DNA from: Candidatus Poribacteria bacterium
Lineage (GTDB): Bacteria; Poribacteria; WGA-4E; PCPOR2b
NCBI GenBank assembly: GCA_965198175.1
Contig: OZ240245.1
Location: forward strand, 4,512,001 to 4,576,000
Direction of reading: 5' to 3'
DNA: 64,000 nucleotides
Each line of letters opens with the position of its first letter. The stretch's first letter is position 1. Below the pieces are notes generated by a model that worked only from the letters and a program-made list of their open reading frames with translations, was not told where the DNA came from and did not search any database. Shown one piece after another: positions 31,830-41,433 of this stretch. The translations under genes and the position numbers were made by a program.

Positions 31830-32029
31830 TTGGGTTAATGAAACGCTAAACCCGGAATATGTCTGACGACCACATCAGTCCCTTGATACACCGGACTCAG
31901 CAGTTCGTAGGCTTATCCGGGTGCGTAAATCACAGTCTGATGAAGCTTGCGCAAATCTTCGACAATGGCGTGGACACGTGTGGCGTAACCACGACCCTCC
32001 CCGGATAGGCTATAAAACATAGTTGCCAT
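31830..32029 (-). pseudogene. N-terminal fragment of a GT-B glycosyltransferase (MJ1255/VC2487-like)
   Basis: AAGGA RBS + ATG 32029: MATMFYSLSGEGRGYATRVHAIVEDLRKLHQTVIYAPG*AYELL...IPGLAFH*; in-frame stops at 31913-31915 and 31835-31837. Confidence 0.7.
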
Positions 32030-32235
32030 AATTTAAGATATCCTTTACATGCGTAGAACTGCATACGCACCATCGCCATTTTCGTAATTCACCAACGGCA
32101 CTACCGGCAAACTCTATCTTGGTTTCATTAAATCTTGGGGATGTTACAGAATGATTACGTTTCCATGTCTTTTTGGATACGTCGATTGCTTTTCGCAGAA
32201 CGAGGGTATTTCGTCTAAAGGTTGGTTAAAAAGAA

Positions 32236-33297
32236 ATGGATATGATTAAACCCCAAATGTTGCGTTGTGGCAGCCGCATTGCCGCGATTTCACTGTCTTG
32301 GGGAGGGCCGGGAATATTCCGATACCGCTACGAAGTCGGGAAGCGGCAATTCGAGGAAGAATTTGGCGTAACCGTTATCGAAACCGAGCACGCCCTGCGC
32401 GACCCGGACTGGCTTTCCAAGAATCCGAAAGCGCGCGCCGACGATTTGATGGCTGCCTTTGCGGATGATACAATTGATGGAATAATTTCTACGATCGGCG
32501 GAGAAGATTCAATCCGCATCCTTCCATACCTGGATTTGGACGTCATTCGGGCTAACCCAAAGATATTCATGGGCTATTCGGATACAACCATATCGCACGC
32601 TGCTTGTTTTAAGGCGGGGCTTGTTTCGTTTTACGGTCCCGGGTTAATGACCGGTTTCGCCGAAAATGGGGGCATGTATCCTTATATGGTTGATTCAGTC
32701 CGCAAAACTCTATTTTCCGCCGAGCCGATTGGGCTTATCGAACCGAACCAGACGGGATGGACTGTAGAGCATTTGGACTGGTCAGACCCGGCAAATCAGT
32801 CGATAAAACGAAAACTGAATCCACCCACAGGTTGGGTATTTCATCAGGATTGCGGCGAGGTAAAAGGGATGTTATTTGGTGGGTGCGTTGAAGTGTTGGA
32901 CTGGCTTCGTGGTTCGCCCTATTTGCCGTCGATAGAATCGCTTCGCGGGGCTGTTCTTTTCCTTGAAACATCCGAAGATGCGCCTCCACCATCGCGACTA
33001 ACGGAGTTCATTCGGTCACTCGCAGCGATGGGCGTTCTTGAAAGGCTCGGTGGTATCCTATTCGGGCGACCCGGTGGGCAAATTCAACCAGAAATGTTTC
33101 AAAGTTACGACGACGCGCTTTGCAACACAATCAGGGTAGAATATGGATTGGACGAGTTGCCAATTGTCACCAATATGGACTTTGGACATACAGACTCCGT
33201 GTTTGTCATCCCTTTCGGATTACAGGTTCGTATCAATTCTGTCCAGCGCCAAATCTCAATTGACGAATCTGCTGTCGTAAACCTACAATGTCGCTGA
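32236..33297 (+). CDS. S66 family LD-carboxypeptidase / MccF-like peptidase
   Basis: 'IGGEDS..ILPYLD', 'GYSDTT', 'LFLETSE', 'DFGHT'. Confidence 0.93.
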   Translation: MDMIKPQMLRCGSRIAAISLSWGGPGIFRYRYEVGKRQFEEEFGVTVIETEHALRDPDWLSKNPKARADDLMAAFADDTIDGIISTIGGEDSIRILPYLDLDVIRANPKIFMGYSDTTISHAACFKAGLVSFYGPGLMTGFAENGGMYPYMVDSVRKTLFSAEPIGLIEPNQTGWTVEHLDWSDPANQSIKRKLNPPTGWVFHQDCGEVKGMLFGGCVEVLDWLRGSPYLPSIESLRGAVLFLETSEDAPPPSRLTEFIRSLAAMGVLERLGGILFGRPGGQIQPEMFQSYDDALCNTIRVEYGLDELPIVTNMDFGHTDSVFVIPFGLQVRINSVQRQISIDESAVVNLQCR

Positions 33298-33322
33298 GGG
33301 CGGTTATCATGCCGTAGCGATA

Positions 33323-33356
33323 AGAAACCGAGTTTTTGGCAAAAACTTCGGTTTCT
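33323..33356. terminator. Palindromic hairpin between convergent genes (terminator or repeat element)
   Basis: AGAAACCGAGTTTTT-GGC-AAAAACTTCGGTTTCT. Confidence 0.55.
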
Positions 33357-33431
33357 AGATGCTGTACCAGGGCATTCCGTCCCCAGTGAAAGTCAGGCCT
33401 GAATCTGTCTCATGTTCTTCAAGTCATACGC

Positions 33432-35720
33432 TCATCTATTCCCCGAAGTTGCCGCCTCCGGCACATAATCTTTCCCATTCCAAACATACGCCGTTTGACC
33501 GACGAGCAGATCATCCGGTTTGATGCTACCTGCTAGGAGTTCCCTCGCCCGACGGCTTCGCTCACGGTAATTTGCAAGTGCCCGTTCCGCTTCACGTTTG
33601 ACCGCTGCATCTGAACTTAACGCCCAATCTCCCAAGATTTCGGATGATTCCGCCGTGTTGATCTGGTCGAGTGCCGGAATCGCAGCGAGGCGCGTGTCGG
33701 GATCCTCGATTTGGGAGATTAGTGCTGTCCACCGATACAGATGTGGGTAGTGGTTTGGTGCCTCCTGCTTTATTGCATCTAGCAACAAGATCTTGTTGCT
33801 GTAGTCGGAATTCCATAATCTTTCCAAGAAAGCACGCATATTAGGTGTGTCGCAGAGGAGCATCCCTCGAAGCAGCGTGTTCAGGTTGCGGGGATTACCG
33901 AGGTATTTCCGTGGCGGGGTAATTGGGACAAGTCCCCCAAATTTCGCGTTCGCAGACTCGGCTTGGTACGCCTCAATGAGAAAGAGATCTAACGATGGGT
34001 TTGGGTATTTTATAAAATTATACGCTACATTGTGCAGATAGGACGGATGGCGCAGGGCAATGTCCCGGACATAACGGTACACGCGTTCTGAATTTATGCG
34101 GGTTAACAAATTAAATTTGTCGAATTCAGGGAGAGGTACTGTTTCAGCTATCCACTCGGCGAGTGAATCAACCTCCGTCGCCGTCAGGGGACGTTCCAAA
34201 CGCGTATTGATGAAACTTCGTAAATAGTGCTCTGATGTCTCCGGGTCGTCCTGCGCTTGTTTAAGCACAAAACGGCGCAGATCTGGTTCTAGCATTGAAT
34301 TTCGCAACTCAGTCACAAGGTTCACTGCTCCCCACCGATTTACGCTCTTCATCGAAGGACTAATGAATATTACAACTGGATTGGAGTGAACGAAGTCGTT
34401 GAGATACTGCCGAACTAGTCTCAGGGCTTCCGGATGCGAATAGCTGCCGACCATGTTTAGAAATCGCTCGCCTCGTCGCGATTCGTAAACGAGTCTTTTG
34501 AACAATGCCGGTGGGGAGCTTTTCAACACAGCGTATTCCAAGAGCCTAAATTCCAACGGTACCCGATGTGTCACGCCCCCATACACCGATTCTCCCCACG
34601 TGCCCCCAAGGCCAAGAGGGATCTGTGAATACATTATCTTAGGAAGACGTTCAAGGAAACTGGTTTCAATGAGTTCCATGTTGTGCGGTCTCATTAAGTC
34701 CATCACCATGGTCTCTGGTGATAGTGTGTGAAATGCGGCCTCATTTCTTACTTGCGACATTACCTTGTCCAAAACCAATTCCCAGTCCTCAGCGGGCATT
34801 CCTTCGCGGATGCCAAACTCCGTCTTGACCGCCATCTCAAGTGCCCGCATCACCCGTGAATCCCGGCGACCTATTTCATATAAATGCTCAAAAAGCATCC
34901 CAGAGGAACTGCCAACATGCGTCCTCCATTCCACGGAGGGTCGGTAGTTTGAGTGCTTCAAATCATGTAGCAGATGCCTCAGATGCGGTTGAACGGACGG
35001 ATACTGTAAATGTGGGCGGGCCCATAATTTGAGAGGACGTTTATCGCTATAAGAATGCGAATCCATATTCTGGATCGACGCAAACCCTGTGCAGCCATCC
35101 CTCTCGAAACGCCACCAGTAACCGGATGCAACAGCATCGTCGTAGCTAGAGAACCCCGGCTGGTCGAAATAATTGTAAGGCGTATAGAACCACCGGAGTT
35201 GTGTGTTCGCTATTTCGTAGCCATGCTTTTTGATATCTTGAAGGAACCCCTCCCCAATAACCATCCTCTGACGGGGCGGAGTGTTCCACGGCTTCACTTT
35301 GCGATGAAATTCCGTATCCGAAATCTCAAGGAGCGTTTGGCCCAGATACACATCGTTGCAATACACCTTAACTCCTGATTCGAGTCGTATTCCAAGCTGA
35401 CGCGGTCCCGATTCACTGCTTTTTTGGAGAATCGGGATGTAGATGCCCAGGGCAATTACAGTAAGCACCAAGGTTATACTCGCTAACAATAAACGACCTT
35501 TCCAGAGTACCAAGATGAAACTCGTCACATAGAGCCCTATCGCTAGCGCAAAGACTAGTAAGCTCAACCAATTTTCGAGATTGAACAGTAATCCAATGCC
35601 TATCCGCTGGTCGAGCAGTATCAACTGCAGGGGAGTCAGTAGCAAAAGTAAGAGGATTACGAATGCCATCCCATTCAGAACCCACCGATTTGCCCGATTG
35701 ATATTCTTCATTATATTCAC
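33432..35720 (-). CDS. Membrane-anchored hypothetical protein (3 TM, PEGA-like segment, helical/HEAT-like C-terminus), copy 2
   Basis: Paralog of 36538..38697, sharing 'VYCNDVYLG.T', 'SGYWWRFERDGCTGFA' and 'GQTAYVWNGKDYVPE'. Confidence 0.85.
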   Translation of the reverse strand: MNIMKNINRANRWVLNGMAFVILLLLLLTPLQLILLDQRIGIGLLFNLENWLSLLVFALAIGLYVTSFILVLWKGRLLLASITLVLTVIALGIYIPILQKSSESGPRQLGIRLESGVKVYCNDVYLGQTLLEISDTEFHRKVKPWNTPPRQRMVIGEGFLQDIKKHGYEIANTQLRWFYTPYNYFDQPGFSSYDDAVASGYWWRFERDGCTGFASIQNMDSHSYSDKRPLKLWARPHLQYPSVQPHLRHLLHDLKHSNYRPSVEWRTHVGSSSGMLFEHLYEIGRRDSRVMRALEMAVKTEFGIREGMPAEDWELVLDKVMSQVRNEAAFHTLSPETMVMDLMRPHNMELIETSFLERLPKIMYSQIPLGLGGTWGESVYGGVTHRVPLEFRLLEYAVLKSSPPALFKRLVYESRRGERFLNMVGSYSHPEALRLVRQYLNDFVHSNPVVIFISPSMKSVNRWGAVNLVTELRNSMLEPDLRRFVLKQAQDDPETSEHYLRSFINTRLERPLTATEVDSLAEWIAETVPLPEFDKFNLLTRINSERVYRYVRDIALRHPSYLHNVAYNFIKYPNPSLDLFLIEAYQAESANAKFGGLVPITPPRKYLGNPRNLNTLLRGMLLCDTPNMRAFLERLWNSDYSNKILLLDAIKQEAPNHYPHLYRWTALISQIEDPDTRLAAIPALDQINTAESSEILGDWALSSDAAVKREAERALANYRERSRRARELLAGSIKPDDLLVGQTAYVWNGKDYVPEAATSGNR

Positions 35721-35730
35721 CTCCGAATAG

Positions 35731-36381
35731 CTAAGCCTCTATTTCCAAGTGACGGTAACAGTGGAGCGATGCCAACGTTCCCAATATTGTCACAAGCGCA
35801 GTGTAGACGACCATTACTTGATCTCGGAACCCGATCACATCCAGTGTATTCAAAGATTGCAGACACAGCATGACGACCAGCCCTGTTCCGAGGAGATTTC
35901 GCCACGTTCGTGGACGGGTGCTAACAATGCACAGGCGCAGTTTCAGGAATATCGCAATCTGGTAACTCAAGATTGAATACAGCGCTATTGAACTCAGTAC
36001 TGACAGTTCATACCATTTGACTAACGGCTGGTACGGCGAATTCATCAGCATCTGTATGCCGCTTCGCAACCCGCTGGCAATTATGACGAATACGGCGACA
36101 CCTGTCAGCAACTGAAGCGAAATCCCGAACGCCCAGCGCGTCAGGAACAACCGCACGCGCGATAGCGGACGTGAGAAGATGAACGCACCAGTTCCGGTAG
36201 CATCATTGAAAAGCATCCAAGCGACTACCATACCCTGTAGACAGGCTATTAGGTGTACTTTCCCATCATCGCTACCCAACGGCGTTTTCTGAAAGAGAAC
36301 GTACCCCAAAGCAAGTAACAAAAAAGGCGAATAGTAAGGCAAGACTTTTCGCACGTCAATTTTTAGTATTTCGGTGGACAT
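35731..36381 (-). CDS. Putative ABC-2-type permease, copy 2
   Basis: Multi-TM; 'FIFSRPLSRVRLFLTRW'; AGGAG RBS before ATG 36381. Confidence 0.75.
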   Translation of the reverse strand: MSTEILKIDVRKVLPYYSPFLLLALGYVLFQKTPLGSDDGKVHLIACLQGMVVAWMLFNDATGTGAFIFSRPLSRVRLFLTRWAFGISLQLLTGVAVFVIIASGLRSGIQMLMNSPYQPLVKWYELSVLSSIALYSILSYQIAIFLKLRLCIVSTRPRTWRNLLGTGLVVMLCLQSLNTLDVIGFRDQVMVVYTALVTILGTLASLHCYRHLEIEA

Positions 36382-36537
36382 ATATCTCCTCCTTTGGAAC
36401 TTGATTGAAAAGCAGCTAGCATAACCACTTCTTGGCGTAATGAGGGTCAAAATCATCGGATCTGCAAGGTATTTTCCCCAGAATGGTCTCCATCGAAGAC
36501 AGATTCGGACTTTTCAAACAGGCGCTGAGTGATGACG

Positions 36538-38697
36538 TTATCTATCCTCCGAAGTTTCTACCTCCGGCACATAATCCTTCCCATTCCATACATACGCCGT
36601 TTGACCGTCGAGCAGATCATCCGGTTTGATGTTGCCCACTAAGAGCTCCTTCGCTCGACGACTTCGCTCACGGTAATTTGCAAGTGCCCGTTCCGCCTCA
36701 CGTTTGACAGCCGTATCTGAATTTAACGCCCAATCCCCCAAGATTTTCGACGACTCTGGCGTATCGATTAAGTCGAATACAGGAATTGCAGCGAGGCGTA
36801 TTTCGGCGTCCTCGATTTGCGAGATAAGTACAGTCCACCAATGTAGCTGTCGATATTGATTTGGTTCGCCTTGCTTCATAGCCGATAACAGAGAAATTTT
36901 GTTGCTGTCGTTGGCATTCCACATTTTCTCCAAGAATGCATTCATACACGGCGTGTCGCAGAGTACCATTGCGCGCAGTAGGTTGGGTGGGGCGTCAATC
37001 GGGGTAACTCCCGACGCGGTCTGATATGTTTCAATAAGAAAGCGATCCAAGACTGGGTTTGGGTTATCCACAAGCGATTTTATAACCTCACTTTGATATG
37101 ACGGATAACGGCGGACGATATCACAGACATATCGGTGCGTACGGGTTGAACTTAGACGAACCAAGAAATTCAGTTTTTCGTCTTCAGGAAGCGGGATCGC
37201 TTCAGCCACCCACTCGGCAAGTGAATCAGCCTCTCCTTCCGTGAGAGGGCGCTTCAACCTCGCATCAATGAACATCCGGAGATCGCGTTCAAACTCATTA
37301 GGATTTGCTTTCGCGAAATTTAGAACAAAATCACGTAGTTCTTGTTCAATCAGCGGATTCTGCAACTGCACAGCAATGCTCAGCGCTCTAGACTGGCGCA
37401 ACCTGTGGTCAATAGCATTGCTGAAGTACGCCACTTGCTCATCGACTTCGACATTGTCGAAATACCGTCGGACAAGCCGCAGGGCTTCCGGGCGCGAATA
37501 GTTGCCGGTCATGACCAGAAACTGCCCCTCATTTCGAGATTCGTAAACGAAGCGCTTGAACGGCGACGATGGCTGACTCTTCAACGCGGCGTACTCCCAC
37601 GTACTTGGGGAGAGTCGTTCGAAAAAATGGGTTTCAATCAATTTTGTGTTGCCTTGTACGATCAAGTCCATCGCCATGGACTCTAGTGAGGGCGTCCGAA
37701 ACGTATGTCGCTGCCTAACTCTTAACATCACCTTGTCCAAGACCTCCTTCCACTCGTGCGCGTGCATTCCCTCGTGGATGCCGAACTCCGCACGAACTAC
37801 TGTGTCAAGCGCTCGCATCACCCGTGAATCGCGTTGACCCGCCTCGTACAGATGTTGGAAAAGTAGACCTGAAGATTCGGCGACGTGCCTTTTCCATTCG
37901 AGGGAAGGCTGATAGTTCGACCGTACCAAGTCGTGCAGCAGATGTTTCAGATACGGATCGATGGAGGGGAATTGCAACGCTGGGGATGACCAGATACTAA
38001 AATATTGTCTGAAGCTATGAGCAAACCAGACCATATCCCCAATTTTGGCGAACCCTGTGCAGCCGTCCCTTTCGAAACGCCACCAGTACCCGGATTTCAC
38101 CGCATCATCATAACTGTAGGACGTCGGACGACTGAATTCGTAAGGATGGTCGAAATAGTCGTACGGAATGCAGAACCATCCTAGTTCCGATTCGAAACCG
38201 TTCGATTTCACCTTCTCAATTAGGTTCTCTCCAATAACCATCTTTTGACGGGGCGGTGTATCCCACGGTTTCACCTTCTCGTGAAATTCTGATTCCGATA
38301 ACTGAAGCGGTGTTTTGCCTAGATACACATCGTTGCAGTAAACGTCAACTCCAGCTACACCTTCCAATAATTCGAGTTGACGCGGCAAATCTGCGCCTCT
38401 TTCTAGACGCACCCAGAACGAGCCTGCGAGCACACAAAAACTTAAGAACGCCGTAAAAACCGCTAGGCGCAGACGGCCTTTCCAAAGAATTAAGATGATT
38501 GTTGTTAAATAGAGTGTTATGATGACGACAGCAAACGATAAACCCATCCAATGTCCGCCATTAATTAGCGACATAATGTAACTCGGTTTGATGACCAGAT
38601 TCAATTCTGGATGTAGTAGCACTGGTAAAAAGATGACAAACGCCGCCACATTCAGGACCCACCGATTTGCTCGATTGTCATTTCTCATTTTACTCAT
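36538..38697 (-). CDS. Membrane-anchored hypothetical protein, copy 1
   Basis: Paralog of 33432..35720. Confidence 0.85.
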   Translation of the reverse strand: MSKMRNDNRANRWVLNVAAFVIFLPVLLHPELNLVIKPSYIMSLINGGHWMGLSFAVVIITLYLTTIILILWKGRLRLAVFTAFLSFCVLAGSFWVRLERGADLPRQLELLEGVAGVDVYCNDVYLGKTPLQLSESEFHEKVKPWDTPPRQKMVIGENLIEKVKSNGFESELGWFCIPYDYFDHPYEFSRPTSYSYDDAVKSGYWWRFERDGCTGFAKIGDMVWFAHSFRQYFSIWSSPALQFPSIDPYLKHLLHDLVRSNYQPSLEWKRHVAESSGLLFQHLYEAGQRDSRVMRALDTVVRAEFGIHEGMHAHEWKEVLDKVMLRVRQRHTFRTPSLESMAMDLIVQGNTKLIETHFFERLSPSTWEYAALKSQPSSPFKRFVYESRNEGQFLVMTGNYSRPEALRLVRRYFDNVEVDEQVAYFSNAIDHRLRQSRALSIAVQLQNPLIEQELRDFVLNFAKANPNEFERDLRMFIDARLKRPLTEGEADSLAEWVAEAIPLPEDEKLNFLVRLSSTRTHRYVCDIVRRYPSYQSEVIKSLVDNPNPVLDRFLIETYQTASGVTPIDAPPNLLRAMVLCDTPCMNAFLEKMWNANDSNKISLLSAMKQGEPNQYRQLHWWTVLISQIEDAEIRLAAIPVFDLIDTPESSKILGDWALNSDTAVKREAERALANYRERSRRAKELLVGNIKPDDLLDGQTAYVWNGKDYVPEVETSEDR

Positions 38698-38708
38698 CTC
38701 AGCACGGC

Positions 38709-39434
38709 TTAAGACTCAATCTCTAGGTTTTGATAACAGTGGAGCGATGCCAATGTTCCCACGATTGTCACCAGCACAACGTAAATCAGTTGATTGTGAA
38801 TCGGTCCCGAGATCGTAAAGAAACGCGCTAACACTAACTTTGTCATTAGCGCCAAGGACATCATCTGATAGGCTATTGGCCCAATGTTTGAAAAGAGACC
38901 TATTAAAATCATCCCGATTAGCACGCAGATTAACACAATCCAGATGAAATCGCGCCACGTTGGTGGACGCGCACTCACAACACGATGGCGCAGTTTTAGG
39001 AACATGACAATTTCGTAGCTCAAAATTGAATACAGTGCAATTGAACCCAGTACAGACAGTTCATACCATTTGACCATCGGCTGATAAGGCGAGTTCATCA
39101 GCATCTGGATTCCACCTCGTAACCCGCTGGCAACCGTGAGGAATACCACGACAATCGTCAGCAACTGAAACGAAATCCCGAACGCCCAGCGTGTGAGGAA
39201 CATCCGCACCCGCGATAATGGGCGCGAGAAGACAAACGCGCCGATTCCTGCAGCATCGTTGAATAGCACCCAAGCGATGACCATGCCCTGTAGACAGGCT
39301 ATCATGTTCACTTTCCAATCGGCACTCGCTAACGGCGTTTCCTGAAAGAGAACGTACCCAACGGTTAGTAACAGAATGGGTGCATAATAAGGCAAGACTT
39401 TCCGCGCGTCCATTTTTAGTATTTCGATGGACAT
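38709..39434 (-). CDS. Putative ABC-2-type permease, copy 1
   Basis: 'MSIEILKMDARKVLPYY' parallels 'MSTEILKIDVRKVLPYY'; 'FVFSRPLSRVRMFLTRW'. Confidence 0.75.
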   Translation of the reverse strand: MSIEILKMDARKVLPYYAPILLLTVGYVLFQETPLASADWKVNMIACLQGMVIAWVLFNDAAGIGAFVFSRPLSRVRMFLTRWAFGISFQLLTIVVVFLTVASGLRGGIQMLMNSPYQPMVKWYELSVLGSIALYSILSYEIVMFLKLRHRVVSARPPTWRDFIWIVLICVLIGMILIGLFSNIGPIAYQMMSLALMTKLVLARFFTISGPIHNQLIYVVLVTIVGTLASLHCYQNLEIES

Positions 39435-39562
39435 ATACTTCTCTCGTTGATTTATCTGAGGGCGATACATAATGGATTCCTGAATTAGTGAAGGTTTGGC
39501 TTTCCAACTTTTCCGTGGAGGCAACCTCCTCCAAACTAAGTGATGGGGTGTTTTGATTTGCG

Positions 39563-40480
39563 CTATTGGCGATTCAGACGATTTCTGTTCCCTTTTGTAC
39601 CGACGAGCCTCACAAATAGGTCTTCCAGGTTGAAACCGTGAACCTGAGCTGTCTCGCTCAAGCCGCATTGCTGGCAGAGTGCTCGAAAACGCGCTTCGTC
39701 AAAGTTACGGACGATGACAACCGTCCCCTGTTCATCTGACGTATATTGTAGAATCTCGAAGTGACAATCAAGCGATTTACGGGGTATGGCGTCCGGCAGG
39801 TGGAGTTCTCGGACCTCCGTTTTCAGATCATCGAGCGTACCCGACAGATGCAACTGACCGCGATGGAGAATCACCAGCCGGTCAACGATACGTTCTAGGT
39901 CACTCAAAAGATGCGACGATAGAAAAACGGTTCGTCGTCCATCGTACACCCGCTCAAGAATGAGATCCAAGAATTTGTGCCGTGCAACCACATCTAGGCC
40001 CGCGGCGGGTTCATCAAGGATTACGACATCGGCGTTCTGACAAATCGCAAGTAGTAGACAGAGCCGACGTTTTTCGCCTTTCGAGAACGAATGATACTTT
40101 TTCCATCGGCGTAGATTGAGTTCGTAAAGCAGATGTTCCGCGAGCGCGCTGTCCCATCCTGCATAAAGCGACGCGTTGAGTTGTATGGCGTGCTTCGGCG
40201 TCATCCAGCCCGGCAGGTGCATGTTGTCCGAAACATAAGCCACACGACGCCGTTCGGCTTCGGTATGTTTCCACGGATTCGTACCGAGTAGCTTGACCTC
40301 TCCTTCGGTGGGATGCAGATGCCCCATAATCATCCGTACCGCCGTTGTTTTTCCGGCGCCGTTGACGCCCAAGAATCCGAAGACTGAGCCCTGCGGCACC
40401 GTCAAATTTAGTGAGTCCACTGCTTTTTCGCGCTCGAAAACCTTTGTGATATTGTGTGTTTGAATGACGTTCTCGCTCAT
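39563..40480 (-). CDS. ABC transporter ATP-binding protein (YtrB-like)
   Basis: 'GVNGAGKTT', 'FSKGEKRR', 'ILDEPAAGLD', 'SSHLL'. Confidence 0.95.
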   Translation of the reverse strand: MSENVIQTHNITKVFEREKAVDSLNLTVPQGSVFGFLGVNGAGKTTAVRMIMGHLHPTEGEVKLLGTNPWKHTEAERRRVAYVSDNMHLPGWMTPKHAIQLNASLYAGWDSALAEHLLYELNLRRWKKYHSFSKGEKRRLCLLLAICQNADVVILDEPAAGLDVVARHKFLDLILERVYDGRRTVFLSSHLLSDLERIVDRLVILHRGQLHLSGTLDDLKTEVRELHLPDAIPRKSLDCHFEILQYTSDEQGTVVIVRNFDEARFRALCQQCGLSETAQVHGFNLEDLFVRLVGTKGNRNRLNRQ

Positions 40481-40866
40481 TGCTCCCCTTTCTGGATGCT
40501 TCGATACTCCGCATCAATAATCAGGTCAATCTGCTCGCGGGTCAGCCCAAACCGCAGCCCTTCAACCAGCATTTTCCGGGCATACTCCGAAACGATTCGG
40601 TGAATCTCTTCACTCGCAAGCGAGACCACTTTCGGGGCGACGAACGCACCCTGACCTTGACGCAGTACGAGCACACCCTCATGTGCCAACTCGTTGTAGA
40701 TTTTCGCCGCGGTAGTTGGATTAATCTTCAGCATTTTCGCCAACTCGCGGATAGAAGGCATGCGCTCTCCGGGCTTTAACCCACCATTGACGACGGTGAG
40801 CTTTATCTGCTCAATGACCTGCTGATAAATCGGTTGGCTGCTGTTGTAATCAATGTGGAAAAACAT
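40477..40866 (-). CDS. GntR family regulator, YtrA subfamily
   Basis: 'PIYQQVIEQIK...LKPGERMPSIRELA..LKINPTT..K.Y.EL..EG...RQGQGAFV'; short C-terminus; GAGG RBS before ATG 40866. Confidence 0.93.
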   Translation of the reverse strand: MFFHIDYNSSQPIYQQVIEQIKLTVVNGGLKPGERMPSIRELAKMLKINPTTAAKIYNELAHEGVLVLRQGQGAFVAPKVVSLASEEIHRIVSEYARKMLVEGLRFGLTREQIDLIIDAEYRSIQKGEQ

Positions 40867-40875
40867 CGGCACCTC

Positions 40876-40920
40876 GACTGTATGGACTGTATGGACTGTA
40901 TGGACTGTATGGACTGTATG
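40876..40920. repeat. Perfect tandem repeat (GACTGTATG)x5
   Basis: Seen directly, between the RBS and the operator. Confidence 0.95.
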
Positions 40921-40952
40921 ATAATATATCATACAGTTTTCCCATGTGTCAA
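40913..40952 (-). promoter_or_regulatory. YtrA-type operator palindrome overlapping a sigma70 promoter
   Basis: ACTGTATGATA-ATA-TATCATACAGT (40913-40937, perfect 11-bp arms); minus-strand TTGACA (40952-40947) with TGaTATATT extended -10 inside the palindrome. Confidence 0.8.
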
Positions 40953-41101
40953 GGAAATACGAAAAAAAAATGAATTTCAGTTCCATTTGCACCAATCCTG
41001 TGATATACTGACGTTGTATTGATAACCTACGATTATTCACTAGCAGGTCTTCTAAACCACGTCTATATTGGAAACCCGATCAATCAAACGATAGATGAAA
41101 A

Positions 41102-41345
41102 GTGAAGAAAAAAGCCCCAAGAAATCGTACACTGACCTGCAGTGAGGCGGAAATCAACCGCCTACCAACCGCTATCTTCCAAATTGAACGTCCCGTCAAT
41201 GAGAAGGAAGTTACAGAAAAACTCGTCGGCGCGAATACTCTTGAAGTTGCTCAAAATCCCCCAAATGCGCTTTTTAGTCTACTTGTCCTCGACCCATCTT
41301 ACAAACCCACCCTGAAGCCAGATGCAACGATTTACGTCTGTTCAG
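41102..41345 (+). pseudogene. DNA methyltransferase (N6/N4, beta-class-like) N-terminal remnant, copy 1
   Basis: 'APRNRTLT...LLVLDPSY..LKPDATIYVCSD' (degenerate DPPY). Confidence 0.55.
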
Positions 41346-41433
41346 ACGAAGAGATGAATTTACTTGGACAATCCTTAGGCAATGAGGTGCTAGCTTGTCC
41401 CATTATCCTGCATGTCATTCGATGAGGAAAAAC

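Noticed and set aside
33432..39434. Duplicated modules as a shufflon or DGR
   Set aside because: Same orientation, divergence at all base types with indels, no recombinase or RT; ordinary tandem paralogy fits
39490..39540. Small hairpin GGAGG-CAA-CCTCC between the ATPase and permease genes
   Set aside because: Too short, and single-copy in this window, to call as a REP or terminator
40876..40920. Possible CRISPR or iteron array
   Set aside because: 9-bp units with no spacers; no cas or rep genes nearby
40867..41040. N-terminal extension of GntR with (HTV)x5 in the ORF track
   Set aside because: It is the translation of the 9-bp repeat and operator/promoter; the RBS and domain start point to ATG 40866
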